NCBI GenBank assembly: GCA_965203805.1
Contig: OZ241917.1
Location: 1,568,001 to 1,632,000 of the forward strand
DNA length: 64,000 nt
Direction: 5' to 3'
Source: Candidatus Latescibacterota bacterium
Lineage (GTDB): Bacteria; Latescibacterota; UBA2968; GCA-2709665
A model generated the notes under the pieces. That model searched no databases, was not told where the DNA came from, and was given only the letters and a program-made list of their open reading frames with translations. Of the stretch, positions 9,669-19,330 are shown piece after piece (positions within the stretch are counted from its first letter, which is position 1; each line of letters begins with the position of its first letter). A program made the position numbers and the translations under genes.

Positions 9669-10445
9669 TCAGACCGCAGTCAGCAAGATAGGCCGACCAT
9701 CGGTAATGACAACAGTATGCTCATAATGAGCCGAGAGAGATCCGTTTGAGGTTTTCATTGTCCAGCCGTCGCTGTCTTCAACGGCCCGGGCCGGGTTCTC
9801 GGCAATCAGTGGCTCGATCGTGATCACAAGCCCGTTCGTAAGCGGCGTCGAATCGAGCGGATTATAGGTGTTGGCAACGATGGGGTCTTCATGGATAACG
9901 CGACCGACTCCATGCCCCGTAAGCTCACTGACAACCCGGAATCCTTTTCGCGTCACTTCTTGCTCGACGGCACGGCCGATGCAATTGATCGGTTCGCCCG
10001 CACGGGCTACGGCCACCGCCTTCTCGAATGCCGTGCGGGCGCACCGGCACAATCCAACGGCTTTCGGGGAGCATGGAGGAATCGGGATGGTTATTGCTGC
10101 ATCCGCAATGTATCCGTTCAGTTCCGCGGTGACATCCAGGCTTACAATGTCACCCTTTTCGAGCACTCGATCACCCGGAATACCGTGGACGATCTCGTCA
10201 TTGACGCTGATAAGATTGACGCCGGGAAAACCGTAAAACAGCCGGGGCGCGGACGTTGCTCCGTACCGGTTGAGCACCAACTCGCCAGCGCGATCGACGT
10301 CCGCAGTGGTTACTCCGGCGCGAACGAAACCTGCCATTTCCCTCAACGTGGCGGCAACCACCTGCCCAGCCTTCGCAAGACCTTCGAAATCCTCAGGACG
10401 TTCTATCGACAACGACCCACTCCCTTTGAAGGGGATAACTCTCAA
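9669..10445 (-). CDS. map: Type I methionine aminopeptidase
   Basis: SVNDEIVHGIP, GHGVG..IHEDP, TIEP, SAHYEHT. Confidence 0.93.
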   Translation of the reverse strand: MRVIPFKGSGSLSIERPEDFEGLAKAGQVVAATLREMAGFVRAGVTTADVDRAGELVLNRYGATSAPRLFYGFPGVNLISVNDEIVHGIPGDRVLEKGDIVSLDVTAELNGYIADAAITIPIPPCSPKAVGLCRCARTAFEKAVAVARAGEPINCIGRAVEQEVTRKGFRVVSELTGHGVGRVIHEDPIVANTYNPLDSTPLTNGLVITIEPLIAENPARAVEDSDGWTMKTSNGSLSAHYEHTVVITDGRPILLTAV

Positions 10446-10497
10446 TGGTGACCGGTCTGAAGCAATAATGCGGCTTGTGGGACAAGGCTCGTGTTGC

Positions 10498-10575
10498 GTA
10501 TCAGGTTCCCACCATTCGCGAACCTGCCGGAGGGTTGCGCAGGTGGGTCGTCGCAGGCTAAGGGGGCTTTGGGCA
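10498..10575 (-). repeat. attC-like site (degenerate)
   Basis: gttcccaccattcgcgaacctgccg matches the family motif. Confidence 0.45.
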
Positions 10576-10649
10576 AGCTCAGGACTGGTTCCGCGCCGTA
10601 TCCTAAATGCACATACTATTCGACCATGCGAATCTCACGATCCGAATGG

Positions 10650-11480
10650 TCAGGGCTGTCTACCATCGACGTCTCTAAATCCGTACTCACGGGCCAAGTC
10701 GGGGACCTCAAGATATGGTCTCCCTTCGACCTTATTCATCACCTCCGGGTCGCCAGCCAACGCCGCTATCGCCCGGCCGGAGTATACTGGCGTAAACGTT
10801 TTCTCCAAACCTTCAGGTTTCGTGCTTTCGCCGGGTTCCCAGGTTCGCATGTATTGGTGTTCGTCGCCAAGCGACAACAGGATAACCACTATCCCGTTCT
10901 TCCGACATTCCTGCGCCATTCCATGTGTCATTCTGTATATCGCGGACTTGAATGTGTCATAGAAAAGATTCGGGTGGAATTTGCTGTCCGGATTGATCCC
11001 ACTGGTGGTGTTGACGATCAGACCGTGTCCCTGCTCCAGCATGATCGAAACTGCGCCCCGAGCAGCAGTCATATGGGATCTCAACCCGGCTCCGTGCATG
11101 AGTTCCCACTGTCGCATCGGTAGTTCCCAAAACCGTTTTCTCCTCCAGAATCCATCGTCCATTTCGTAGCCGCCCCAAGCGTTGTTCACCAGCAAATCCA
11201 GCCGTCCCTGTTCGCTATTTACTCGAACGAAGAGTTCATCAACCTGCTCGTCCATCGCGTGATCTACCCGGACTGGAATCCCGATCCCACCCCGTTGAGT
11301 CACCATTTCAGCCGTGTCTTCAATGGTTTCGTTGGGGATGTCCGTGGTCTGATTCCCTCGGATGCTGCGTCCCGTCACATATACAGTCGCGCCGGCTTCG
11401 CCGAGCGCAGTGGCAATGCCCTTCCCTCCTCCGCGACTTGCACCAGTCACCACGGCTACTCTGTTTGCCAAAGTCTTCAC
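10650..11480 (-). CDS. SDR family oxidoreductase
   Basis: TGASRGGG, LVNNAWGG, YxxxK (YDTFK). Confidence 0.9.
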   Translation of the reverse strand: MKTLANRVAVVTGASRGGGKGIATALGEAGATVYVTGRSIRGNQTTDIPNETIEDTAEMVTQRGGIGIPVRVDHAMDEQVDELFVRVNSEQGRLDLLVNNAWGGYEMDDGFWRRKRFWELPMRQWELMHGAGLRSHMTAARGAVSIMLEQGHGLIVNTTSGINPDSKFHPNLFYDTFKSAIYRMTHGMAQECRKNGIVVILLSLGDEHQYMRTWEPGESTKPEGLEKTFTPVYSGRAIAALAGDPEVMNKVEGRPYLEVPDLAREYGFRDVDGRQP

Positions 11481-11672
11481 TTTCCGCGTTTCCTGTCGCC
11501 TGGTTACATTGACTCACAACGCTCAAGATTACAGAAGCGGATTCGTCCGGGTCAATCTGTCATTCGTCCTCTTGGGCTTCCTGGAAGCAAAACCGCCGCT
11601 AGAACCAGGAAGAATGCAGCCGCCAACGATTTGTCGTCTGCGCACAGTTTGACAGGTAATAGAAATGGGAGA

Positions 11673-12881
11673 TCAGGCGCGCAGGCGCTCGAGGCATTCC
11701 TCATATGCTTCAAAGCGCTCGCCCTCGCGTTCCTCGGGATCGACTTTCTTGAGGAACAACGCACTGCCGGGCTTCGTGCCGGTGAATTCGCGGTGGCTCT
11801 TGATGTGCGCCGGGTCCTCACCGCTCCACTTGACCTCGCCGTCCTGCAGATACACGAAGTTTCCTCCGTGTTCGTCGATCATCGCCTGCATCCGATCGCG
11901 ATAGAACAGTCCCTGCTCGCAGGCCGTTTCCCTTACCGTTGCCATGACAGCAGGCGGATCTTCCTCTTCAGAGTCGAATTCGTTCAAGGGTCCCTCTACC
12001 TCACTCTTGAAGTCAATTTCGTCGAGATCGACCGTTCCGAATCCGCTCTGCGCGGCCACGAGCAGATGGTTGCGGTCGCGGCGGAATGGCGGCGTGGGCC
12101 AATCGGAAGCGGGATCGTGCCCCATCAGGCTGGCGCCCACGGCATCGGTGGCGATGATCTGGTCGCCCGCGATGAGGGCGTTGCACACGCGGCCCTCGCC
12201 GTCCCACTCACGACCCCATTGACCGGTCGTGGCGTCCACGATATTGAGACACGGGTTGGTAATGCGCGCCAGATCGGGGAGCACGTAGGACAGCCGGATT
12301 GCGTGGTGGAAATAGGTGCGCACGCGACCCTCTGGCGGAATCGTGGGTGTGAGGCCAAACAGGTTCTTGGTGCAAAGCGTGACCCCCATGAAGAGGTGGT
12401 TCTTCATCTTGGCGACGGAGACGACCTCGTCTGCCTCGCTGAAGCATCGGCTGAGCGTGTAGCGCTGGAACATACAGCCGCCGCCAGGAACGTCATACTC
12501 GGCGAAGGGGGGCAGGTTCGACTCCACGTACTCAACATCGAATTCATCGAGCAGCGGACGGTAGTTGAAGTAGTCCGTCACGGCACCATTCGCATCCCGG
12601 CAGAAGGTGTCCGCAGCGACGAGCGAGGCTGAGGTCCGCTCGCGCAGGAGCCGAAGGACGGCGCGGCAGACGGCATCGTCGACGAGCTCTCGGCGGCGGC
12701 CCTCGAAATGAGTCACATTCGTATGCCCCATATTGAACTTGAGCGCGACGCGGCCCGCCTTCTCCAGCTTCTCCCAGGAACGCTCCAGGGGGGCGGTTGC
12801 CCTTACAAGGTTCTCGTAGACCTCCTCGTCGGAGGCCCGGTGATCGCAATGGACTGCACGAACGCTGAAATCACGGTTCAT
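11673..12881 (-). CDS. DUF362 domain protein
   Basis: ALKFN, AKMKNH..GVTLCTKNLFG, ATDAV. Confidence 0.8.
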   Translation of the reverse strand: MNRDFSVRAVHCDHRASDEEVYENLVRATAPLERSWEKLEKAGRVALKFNMGHTNVTHFEGRRRELVDDAVCRAVLRLLRERTSASLVAADTFCRDANGAVTDYFNYRPLLDEFDVEYVESNLPPFAEYDVPGGGCMFQRYTLSRCFSEADEVVSVAKMKNHLFMGVTLCTKNLFGLTPTIPPEGRVRTYFHHAIRLSYVLPDLARITNPCLNIVDATTGQWGREWDGEGRVCNALIAGDQIIATDAVGASLMGHDPASDWPTPPFRRDRNHLLVAAQSGFGTVDLDEIDFKSEVEGPLNEFDSEEEDPPAVMATVRETACEQGLFYRDRMQAMIDEHGGNFVYLQDGEVKWSGEDPAHIKSHREFTGTKPGSALFLKKVDPEEREGERFEAYEECLERLRA

Positions 12882-12907
12882 CTCAATGTTCTCCTTGTGT
12901 AATTCCG

Positions 12908-12952
12908 GCCTGACGCAGGAAATGGCATAGGCCGCAACCCGTCGTTTCAGGC
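12908..12952 (-). repeat. Short attC-like remnant
   Basis: gcctgac...gtttcaggc inverted ends. Confidence 0.35.
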
Positions 12953-12972
12953 AGTCAACTTGGGTCTGCCGT

Positions 12973-13380
12973 CTAATCAAGAAGCTTCAACAAGGTGGTC
13001 CGGTCCCATCCTCCCGGCCCCGGACCCTGGTACGCGGCGAGGATGTCCAGCACCCTTACCATCGAGTGGAGTTTCAGATACCGCTCCTGATCGGCACTCA
13101 GCAATCCATAAGTCTGTAAGAAACACTCGGCCAGGTCTGGCGTATTGAGGAATATACTCAAAAAAAGGTCCCGTACGTCGGTGAATGCAGGTGCAAACGC
13201 GGTATTTCCAAAACCCAGCGCAGCCGTCAGGTTCCAAGTCGCCGGATCGACGTTGGTCCCGGAATTGCCGCATTTGAACAAACGGCCCGAGCCACCGGGA
13301 GAGAGATTTCATATTCGACGAATTTCTGATACGTGAGCAGAGGTTCTGGATGGTCATTTGATGACTGAGTCCATGAATTA
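12973..13380 (-). pseudogene. Degraded gene remnant (possibly phosphotransferase C-terminus)
   Basis: GFGNTAFAPAFTDVRDLF..FLQTYG fragment with no intact N-terminus. Confidence 0.4.
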
Positions 13381-13427
13381 ACGGCCTGGCAACCCGCCGT
13401 CGCATCGAGTTGGCTGATTCTCCCCTT

Positions 13428-13940
13428 TCAATCGATGGCATGAAGATTGTACCGATCAAACAGCATCCTGGTCTTCGGATTCCTCATCGCCCCGAGTACA
13501 GAGATTCCCACAACCTCTCCTCCCAGGCGTTCGATCAATCTGACGAGAGCCTTCGCCTGAGCCCCGGTTTCTATCACATCATCGACGACCAGAATTCGAT
13601 CACCCTCAGAAACAAGACTGCGATTCACCTCCAGTGCCTTCTTCGTTCCTGTATAGTCAACAAAGGAAATCTGAGCCACATATCGACGAAGCGTCGGAAG
13701 GGCGCCTCCCGTCCTTATCGGTATAAAACCCTTTCCCAGTTTGAGTGCCACCGCGCTGCCAAGCACGAAGCCCAATGCTTCCGGGCTCGCAACCTTCTCA
13801 AACTGCACCCCCCCAAATGGTCTGGCCAGATCTGTCACCAGATGTTGCAATACGGCGGGACTATTGCATAGGGGCGTAAGATCAACCTTGTTTCCCCGAA
13901 CCCTGCGATCTATATGACCTTTATAGTAGCTCCAATCCAT
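13428..13940 (-). CDS. Adenine phosphoribosyltransferase-like protein
   Basis: EALGF, ILVVDDVIETG PRPP motif. Confidence 0.85.
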   Translation of the reverse strand: MDWSYYKGHIDRRVRGNKVDLTPLCNSPAVLQHLVTDLARPFGGVQFEKVASPEALGFVLGSAVALKLGKGFIPIRTGGALPTLRRYVAQISFVDYTGTKKALEVNRSLVSEGDRILVVDDVIETGAQAKALVRLIERLGGEVVGISVLGAMRNPKTRMLFDRYNLHAID

Positions 13941-13959
13941 TGTTAAACCCGGCGGGAAA

Positions 13960-14021
13960 GTTGCCCCACTTTGCGTTGGTAAATTGGCTAGATGCCGCAG
14001 CACAAATCCGATGTGTTGGGC
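13960..14021 (-). repeat. attC-like site (degenerate)
   Basis: gttgcc...ccgcagcacaa...gttgggc; R'' GCCCAAC nearly complements GTTCGGC at the cassette start (14609). Confidence 0.5.
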
Positions 14022-14032
14022 CTCGGGCCGTT

Positions 14033-14587
14033 CTATCTGTCAAACGGTAAGTACAGCCTACACCGGCACCCCAGGGTCGCCAGCCCTTTCTCGTAGATCT
14101 CCTCGCATAGAGCGACTTTTCCGTCCATGTACGACTGGCGGTCATTATCGTGGGCTTCAGCGAGTTGCCATTTCAGATTGCTGAGCTTTCGAGCGTATTC
14201 GGGACTTAGTCTGAGGAAATCCCTGAAGACAAGATGCCTCTTCAAGGCTTCACCATACTTGTCACAAACGTACGTATGGTGGGCGGGCAAAGATTCCTTC
14301 AACCCGCTATCCGCCAGATCAAAGGCGTCTCTTCCTGGAATGCCCTGATCTCCTTCATGGAAATACCCGATCTCTGCGAGCCGATCCTTCGTGCACTCAA
14401 AATCCCGTGGCTCAATGACAATGTCAACGTCAATGATTGGCTTGGCGGTCATTGCGACGACAGACGTGCTGCCGACATGCTCGATGCTGCAATATCTTCC
14501 GGACAAGACAGAGTCAAAACGTTGCCGCAACGCTTCGAACCACGAGGGCCAGATCGGATCATAGCGCCTTACCAACGTAACGGACAT
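14033..14587 (-). CDS. GrpB family protein
   Basis: YDPIWP, IEHVGSTSV, AKPIIDVD, FRDFLR, Y..GK. Confidence 0.92.
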   Translation of the reverse strand: MSVTLVRRYDPIWPSWFEALRQRFDSVLSGRYCSIEHVGSTSVVAMTAKPIIDVDIVIEPRDFECTKDRLAEIGYFHEGDQGIPGRDAFDLADSGLKESLPAHHTYVCDKYGEALKRHLVFRDFLRLSPEYARKLSNLKWQLAEAHDNDRQSYMDGKVALCEEIYEKGLATLGCRCRLYLPFDR

Positions 14588-14608
14588 GATTCAATTGACC
14601 TGCTTTGT

Positions 14609-14708
14609 GCCGAACGTATCGCCGTGTCCGAACCGCGCAGCGGTTTGCGAAGGACCGAATGTCCTGCCGACTGAGAGATACGATTTTCGAGGCTGCGAGA
14701 GGTTCGCG
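14609..14708 (-). repeat. attC-like site
   Basis: gccgaacgtatcgccgtgtccgaaccgcgcagc...gctgcgagaggttcgcg. Confidence 0.65.
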
Positions 14709-14712
14709 TCCC

Positions 14713-15525
14713 TCATGTTCGATATTCCAAAAGCAGCTTCTCACACGATGCATCCTTCTCCGGGTTACGTTGTTTACGTGCAACGCCCCAGAAGTGTTTA
14801 ACCATCTTGGAGGAAAGGATAAAATGCAGCCCATGAGTCTTCATGACTTGCGTCGTAATTCCCATCGTGTCGTACACTTTTCCTCCTCCGCTTTCCTCGA
14901 AGTCGACGCAAGAGAACCCAATCTCACGAGCCGTCAGCAAGAAAGCTTCTGTGTTCTTGATTAGACAGCACGACGGATGCATACGGTCGCCCAGGACGGC
15001 GGGCATGGGAAGGTGCTCAAGAGCTTTCCCTGGCTGGACGTCTTCAATATCGTCCTCCATCATGACGTTGATGAACTTTTCCGCACCACCCTCGTCAAGG
15101 GAGCCCCACGGCACCTCAGTTTCCCCGTCTTCTGTGAATCTGGCCTGAATAGCCCAAACATCGTCTCCCGCTTTAGCTAACTCGCTTGCCATCGTTGTCA
15201 CAGTCTCATCCTGGACAAAGACAATATCGGCATCCAAAAAGAGGAAATAATCACAGTCCTGATGCGAAAAAACAAAGTCACGGAGATTCTCACCGTGATT
15301 GTTGCCAGGTGTGTTACTGTCCCACTTTGTTTGCACGATTGGGATCTTCTTGTCCTCAGCGAGAGCCCTCAATTGCCGCATCTCATCGGTCGAATTGTTG
15401 TCCAGAATCGTCAGGCGAATCCCCTCAAGATCACTGTGTGTCGCGTACAGCGATCTCAGCAAAAGTTCAACAAAACAAGATGTGTCCTGGTTGATCGTTA
15501 CTGCCTCTATGTGGCGAATAGGCAT
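14713..15525 (-). CDS. Glycosyltransferase family 2-like protein
   Basis: ILDNNSTD, FLFLDAD. Confidence 0.8.
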   Translation of the reverse strand: MPIRHIEAVTINQDTSCFVELLLRSLYATHSDLEGIRLTILDNNSTDEMRQLRALAEDKKIPIVQTKWDSNTPGNNHGENLRDFVFSHQDCDYFLFLDADIVFVQDETVTTMASELAKAGDDVWAIQARFTEDGETEVPWGSLDEGGAEKFINVMMEDDIEDVQPGKALEHLPMPAVLGDRMHPSCCLIKNTEAFLLTAREIGFSCVDFEESGGGKVYDTMGITTQVMKTHGLHFILSSKMVKHFWGVARKQRNPEKDASCEKLLLEYRT

Positions 15526-15844
15526 CTGATATCTTACTCCACTTTAGTTTGGTTTACTCCTCGATCCCACCCACAAAGAGAGCGTTCAGCATAGGGGGCA
15601 GCGAATAAGTCTCTTTCCCTTGAGAGAGATTGAACGGCTTTGAAAATGCCTTCGCGTGTCGTACTTGCTCCTTTGCTTTCCACTTCGCCAACGACTGGAA
15701 GTTTGAAACTGAGCACAAATACACTGGCGAGTACGAAGTGTCTCTGGCACATCGTAATTGGTCCTCCTATGCTCACGATTGCTTTGTACTCCCCGTTAAA
15801 TGCCTGTGGCCGGTCTGGATCTCATAAGAGACAGTAAGGGGAGA

Positions 15845-16630
15845 TCAGCGCCGGGTTTCATCCGCCTTTCCGAAGCCACCGTATAGAGCAAACAGACCTT
15901 TCTTCCAAAGCACGTCAACTCTATCAAACCCTACATTTGCAAGCAGCGAAAGATGATGGGGAATATCCAACGGAGAGTCTTCTATCAAAGAGTTCTTCAG
16001 GATCGGATCAACGCTGTCCTCCGGAAAGTTTCGTCGAAGCAACTCAGCCCAATCCTCGAATCCAAGCATAGTCAGTTCCGCTTTTGAGCCGTGAACGTGA
16101 TCAAGACACAGAAAACAGCCGCCTGGTTTGATCCAACTGCAAATCCGCACGTATAGACCCTCGTATTCCGATTCCATCCTGCCGTGACACAGCGCATACG
16201 ACGAGACCACACAGTCGAACGAATCGTCTTCGAAATGTAAAGCATCATCCGTGAACAAGTCCCCGACAACGGTTCTGAACCCGGCACCGGTTTCCGTCAG
16301 TTGTCTCGCTGCTTCCGCAAGAAGCTTTTCAGATACATCCACCAGCGTAAGCCGGCTTTGGGGAAACCGGCCCAAAACAAGCTTCGAGAGCCTGCCCGTT
16401 CCAGCTCCCAGGTCCAGAACGGAAGGGGCGTGGGGAACATGGGCGGCCATAGTTCGCAGCATGAGTTCGTGCGTGTACTTGAAGTCGTGCGACACCTTGC
16501 TCGCATTCGGGAAGAAACCGGCAGGGTCGGCCACATCCCGAAAATGCTGGTTAACCTGCTCCCGCGGCTCCTTGATGTCGATCCCTTGATCCAGCATATC
16601 CCGAATCTCTGAAAACGCACAATCGTCCAT
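15845..16630 (-). CDS. Class I SAM-dependent methyltransferase
   Basis: VLDLGAGTG, FDCVVSSYALCH, KPGG. Confidence 0.9.
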   Translation of the reverse strand: MDDCAFSEIRDMLDQGIDIKEPREQVNQHFRDVADPAGFFPNASKVSHDFKYTHELMLRTMAAHVPHAPSVLDLGAGTGRLSKLVLGRFPQSRLTLVDVSEKLLAEAARQLTETGAGFRTVVGDLFTDDALHFEDDSFDCVVSSYALCHGRMESEYEGLYVRICSWIKPGGCFLCLDHVHGSKAELTMLGFEDWAELLRRNFPEDSVDPILKNSLIEDSPLDIPHHLSLLANVGFDRVDVLWKKGLFALYGGFGKADETRR

Positions 16631-16813
16631 TCCAGATCTCCACAGTGTCTCTACGCTTCTGTTGTGTTCCCGCTTTTCTGCATGCTCAGTTCTAACGCCG
16701 ACCGGTCCCATAACATTCTCGGCACCCCCGAAGCCCGAGGGTGCCGTGTCAATCGGTGAGGGGATTTGTCAGTTTAGCCAAGGGTCAGGAACCAGACATT
16801 GCCCTTGGTTTTT

Positions 16814-17119
16814 TCATTCATCTCCTGCCAGTGCTTCTGACCAACGCCTGGCCATTGCCCTCAATTCTTCCTCATGGTCGGGCCAATCGTGAAGCGTGGC
16901 TGGATCAAAGTCAGCACCATTGGGCCAGACGAGTGTATGGACCTCGGAATCGATACGCACCTGATTAAAGAGCACTTCATCCATCAGAGGTCCGAACAAC
17001 TCGCCCTCAAGAACTGGACGAAAATCGATTTCCTGTATCGTTTTATCGTTGAATCTGACATTGATCCGATGAGGCCCAACGATCTCAAATTCAATGACTT
17101 CATAGATCGAATGACTCAT
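16814..17119 (-). CDS. DUF2442 domain protein (putative antitoxin)
   Basis: VRFND..IDF..F..L.D..F.QV..TLVWPNGADFDP. Confidence 0.88.
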   Translation of the reverse strand: MSHSIYEVIEFEIVGPHRINVRFNDKTIQEIDFRPVLEGELFGPLMDEVLFNQVRIDSEVHTLVWPNGADFDPATLHDWPDHEEELRAMARRWSEALAGDE

Positions 17120-17130
17120 TCAATTCTCCC

Positions 17131-17400
17131 TTAATGTAGCGGATCGATCGGCAAGGGCGGATGCCCGGATTGGAGCCGATCCCAATCTACAAGTAGCTCA
17201 TCCTGGTGTAACTCCGCCCAGGCTTCGACGAATCGTCGTTGCCGGCGTGGCAAAGTCCCTGCGATCAATTCAACAGTATCCACAGCGTAAACGGCCACTT
17301 CATCTTGATAGTAGGCGTGAAAATGAGGCCGATGGTGCTGTGTTCTCGGTTCGGCAAACATGCGAATGATGATTCCGAAAAACCGAGAAATCTCAGGCAC
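17131..17400 (-). CDS. DUF4160 domain protein (putative toxin)
   Basis: MPEISRFFGIIIRM..HRPHFHAYY..WAELHQDEL..W. Confidence 0.9.
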   Translation of the reverse strand: MPEISRFFGIIIRMFAEPRTQHHRPHFHAYYQDEVAVYAVDTVELIAGTLPRRQRRFVEAWAELHQDELLVDWDRLQSGHPPLPIDPLH

Positions 17401-17445
17401 TTTTCTTCCTTGCGATATGGATTCTATCGATATAATCCCACAGGA

Positions 17446-17474
17446 AGTATACCGAATTCTGCGAGGGTAGGCAA
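17446..17474 (-). promoter_or_regulatory. Sigma70-type promoter of the DUF4160/DUF2442 pair
   Basis: TTGCCT-17 bp-TATACT on the minus strand. Confidence 0.7.
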
Positions 17475-17690
17475 AACCCGAATTTGGAGAGGTGGGCGTC
17501 TGCTGTTGCACATGCGAGCTTGACCAATATGCCCGTCAAATCTCCATGTTGGCGAGCGTCCTCAAAGACTGCGAAACCGCGAAGAAAGTTAGGCGAGGGG
17601 CTGTTGCCTCAAGCCGCGGACACGGTGCTACCAGTGTACGATGCTTCGGTTGGGCGCACGGTATGCATCGGGTCGGCTGATTGTCGCCTC

Positions 17691-18668
17691 TCAGGCTATG
17701 CCTTCGATTGCAGCCTCACCCATACGAATCGCCGTATCCGGAAGCGCGAGAATCCGGTCTTCCAGGGCCCAGATCCTCCGATTAGATGACTTCGGCCCCC
17801 ACTTCCGGTGGAGCTGGCAGAGGCGCCTGGCATAATAGGCGGCAAATATGAACGGGAGTGCGGTACGTTCATCATCTGAAGGAGGTCGGACTGAGAAGTA
17901 TCCCTCCACGAACCGCTGCGTCTCCTCATCGGTCAGCTGTCGACCCACGGTCCCCATCAGCCATTGCATCCGGACCATCACGACGTCTTCGAGCGCCGGA
18001 GCAAAGTGTGCCGAATTGAAGTCGGTGAACCGGACTTCACCCGTTGGGGAAGCAATCGTGTTCCAGCTTCGCACGTCTCCTCTACAGAAGAGCCACCGGA
18101 CGTCCATCGTTCTCGGCGTGTCATTCAACTGTGCTCGAAGCCGAGTGACGGCATCCGCCATGATCGAGGAAAACGTCGCCCTCTCGCAATACTCGAGAGC
18201 CTCGGAAATGTACGTCCGCGCATCTTTGATTTCTGATCTACAGGCAGAAAAGTCTTCGCTCGCATCGTGAACCCGTGCGAGCGCCTCCCCCACGTCGCGG
18301 AGCGTGTCGACGCGGTCGACGACCTCTCCTTCCAGGAAGCGCTCGACCGAAATCACCAGGTCTCGAACGGACTTGCAGGCGCGTCCATCCGTGGTTGGCC
18401 GAATGTCGGGGCACGGCGCGCCGCGACCGGCAAGATGGCGAACGAACGCCACGATGGTTTTGGGATGGGTCGCGCAGTCCCACCCCGGATTTACACGGAA
18501 CACAACGCGTCCGTCCCGCAAGCTGTCGCAAAAGAAGACACACCGCGAATTCGCCCTGCGGACGCTGGTTACTTCCAGGTCCCAGAATCGCTTGCAGAGA
18601 TCCGTGATTTCCCCCTGATCGGGCAGCGGGCCCGTTTCATCTCTGGATCTGGGATAGCGTGTTTCCAT
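17691..18668 (-). CDS. APH/homoserine kinase II-like phosphotransferase
   Basis: ALARVH, RGDVRSWN, FTDFN. Confidence 0.75.
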   Translation of the reverse strand: METRYPRSRDETGPLPDQGEITDLCKRFWDLEVTSVRRANSRCVFFCDSLRDGRVVFRVNPGWDCATHPKTIVAFVRHLAGRGAPCPDIRPTTDGRACKSVRDLVISVERFLEGEVVDRVDTLRDVGEALARVHDASEDFSACRSEIKDARTYISEALEYCERATFSSIMADAVTRLRAQLNDTPRTMDVRWLFCRGDVRSWNTIASPTGEVRFTDFNSAHFAPALEDVVMVRMQWLMGTVGRQLTDEETQRFVEGYFSVRPPSDDERTALPFIFAAYYARRLCQLHRKWGPKSSNRRIWALEDRILALPDTAIRMGEAAIEGIA

Positions 18669-18699
18669 TGGCTTTCCGGCTCGGGAAAAGTTCTCCGTA

Positions 18700-18768
18700 C
18701 TTACGCACCCGAGCAGCGGGTTAACCGTAACCCCGCACGGGCCGTGGCCGAGGGCGCTCGTGTCAGGC
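18700..18768 (-). repeat. attC-like site
   Basis: gccgtgg..gctcgtgtcaggc matches the R''/L'' side of the 34940 and 58395 sites. Confidence 0.5.
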
Positions 18769-18798
18769 GTCTGGCTCGGCAAGGGCAGGGTGGTGGCG

Positions 18799-19330
18799 CT
18801 AGAAACGCTCCTTGTCAAGTCGGTCAACAGTCTCGGCAAGGAAATGAAACCCGACCTCTCGAGGATAACTTCCAAGCCAGTCTCCCGTCACAAATTCAAA
18901 CGCCCAATCGTCTGTGTTCAGCACACCCATGCACCCCTCGTGGACTACCGGCTTCTGTGATCGCCGCGCATCGCTGACGACACTTGCGACCTGCACGCAC
19001 ATTGTGTCATACACCCGCCGTGGTGCGACGGGGTGGTGGAAATGGCCAAACACATGAAATGCAGGTTTTCGTTTCTTCAGGAAGCTCAGCATCGCATCAG
19101 GACCCGGCGCCAAGCCTTCGGATTCGGCGCCGACTCCGAATCCTCCTTCGTGGGAGACCAGGACATCGACAGCATCCTCTGAACGAGAATCGAGCCCGCT
19201 GGGATCCCCCGCTTCACAGAATCCAACCCGTACGTCCCGATCGTGATGGACGAATCCGTCGGGTACGTACTCGAAGATACCGTGCGGATCGATAGGCTGT
19301 GGATGTCCAAGTCCTTTTTCATCTAATGTT
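18799..19330 (-). pseudogene. Metallophosphoesterase, C-terminal part (IS-interrupted)
   Basis: VLVSHE, VFGHFH; rejoins 21154-21473 in frame. Confidence 0.85.
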
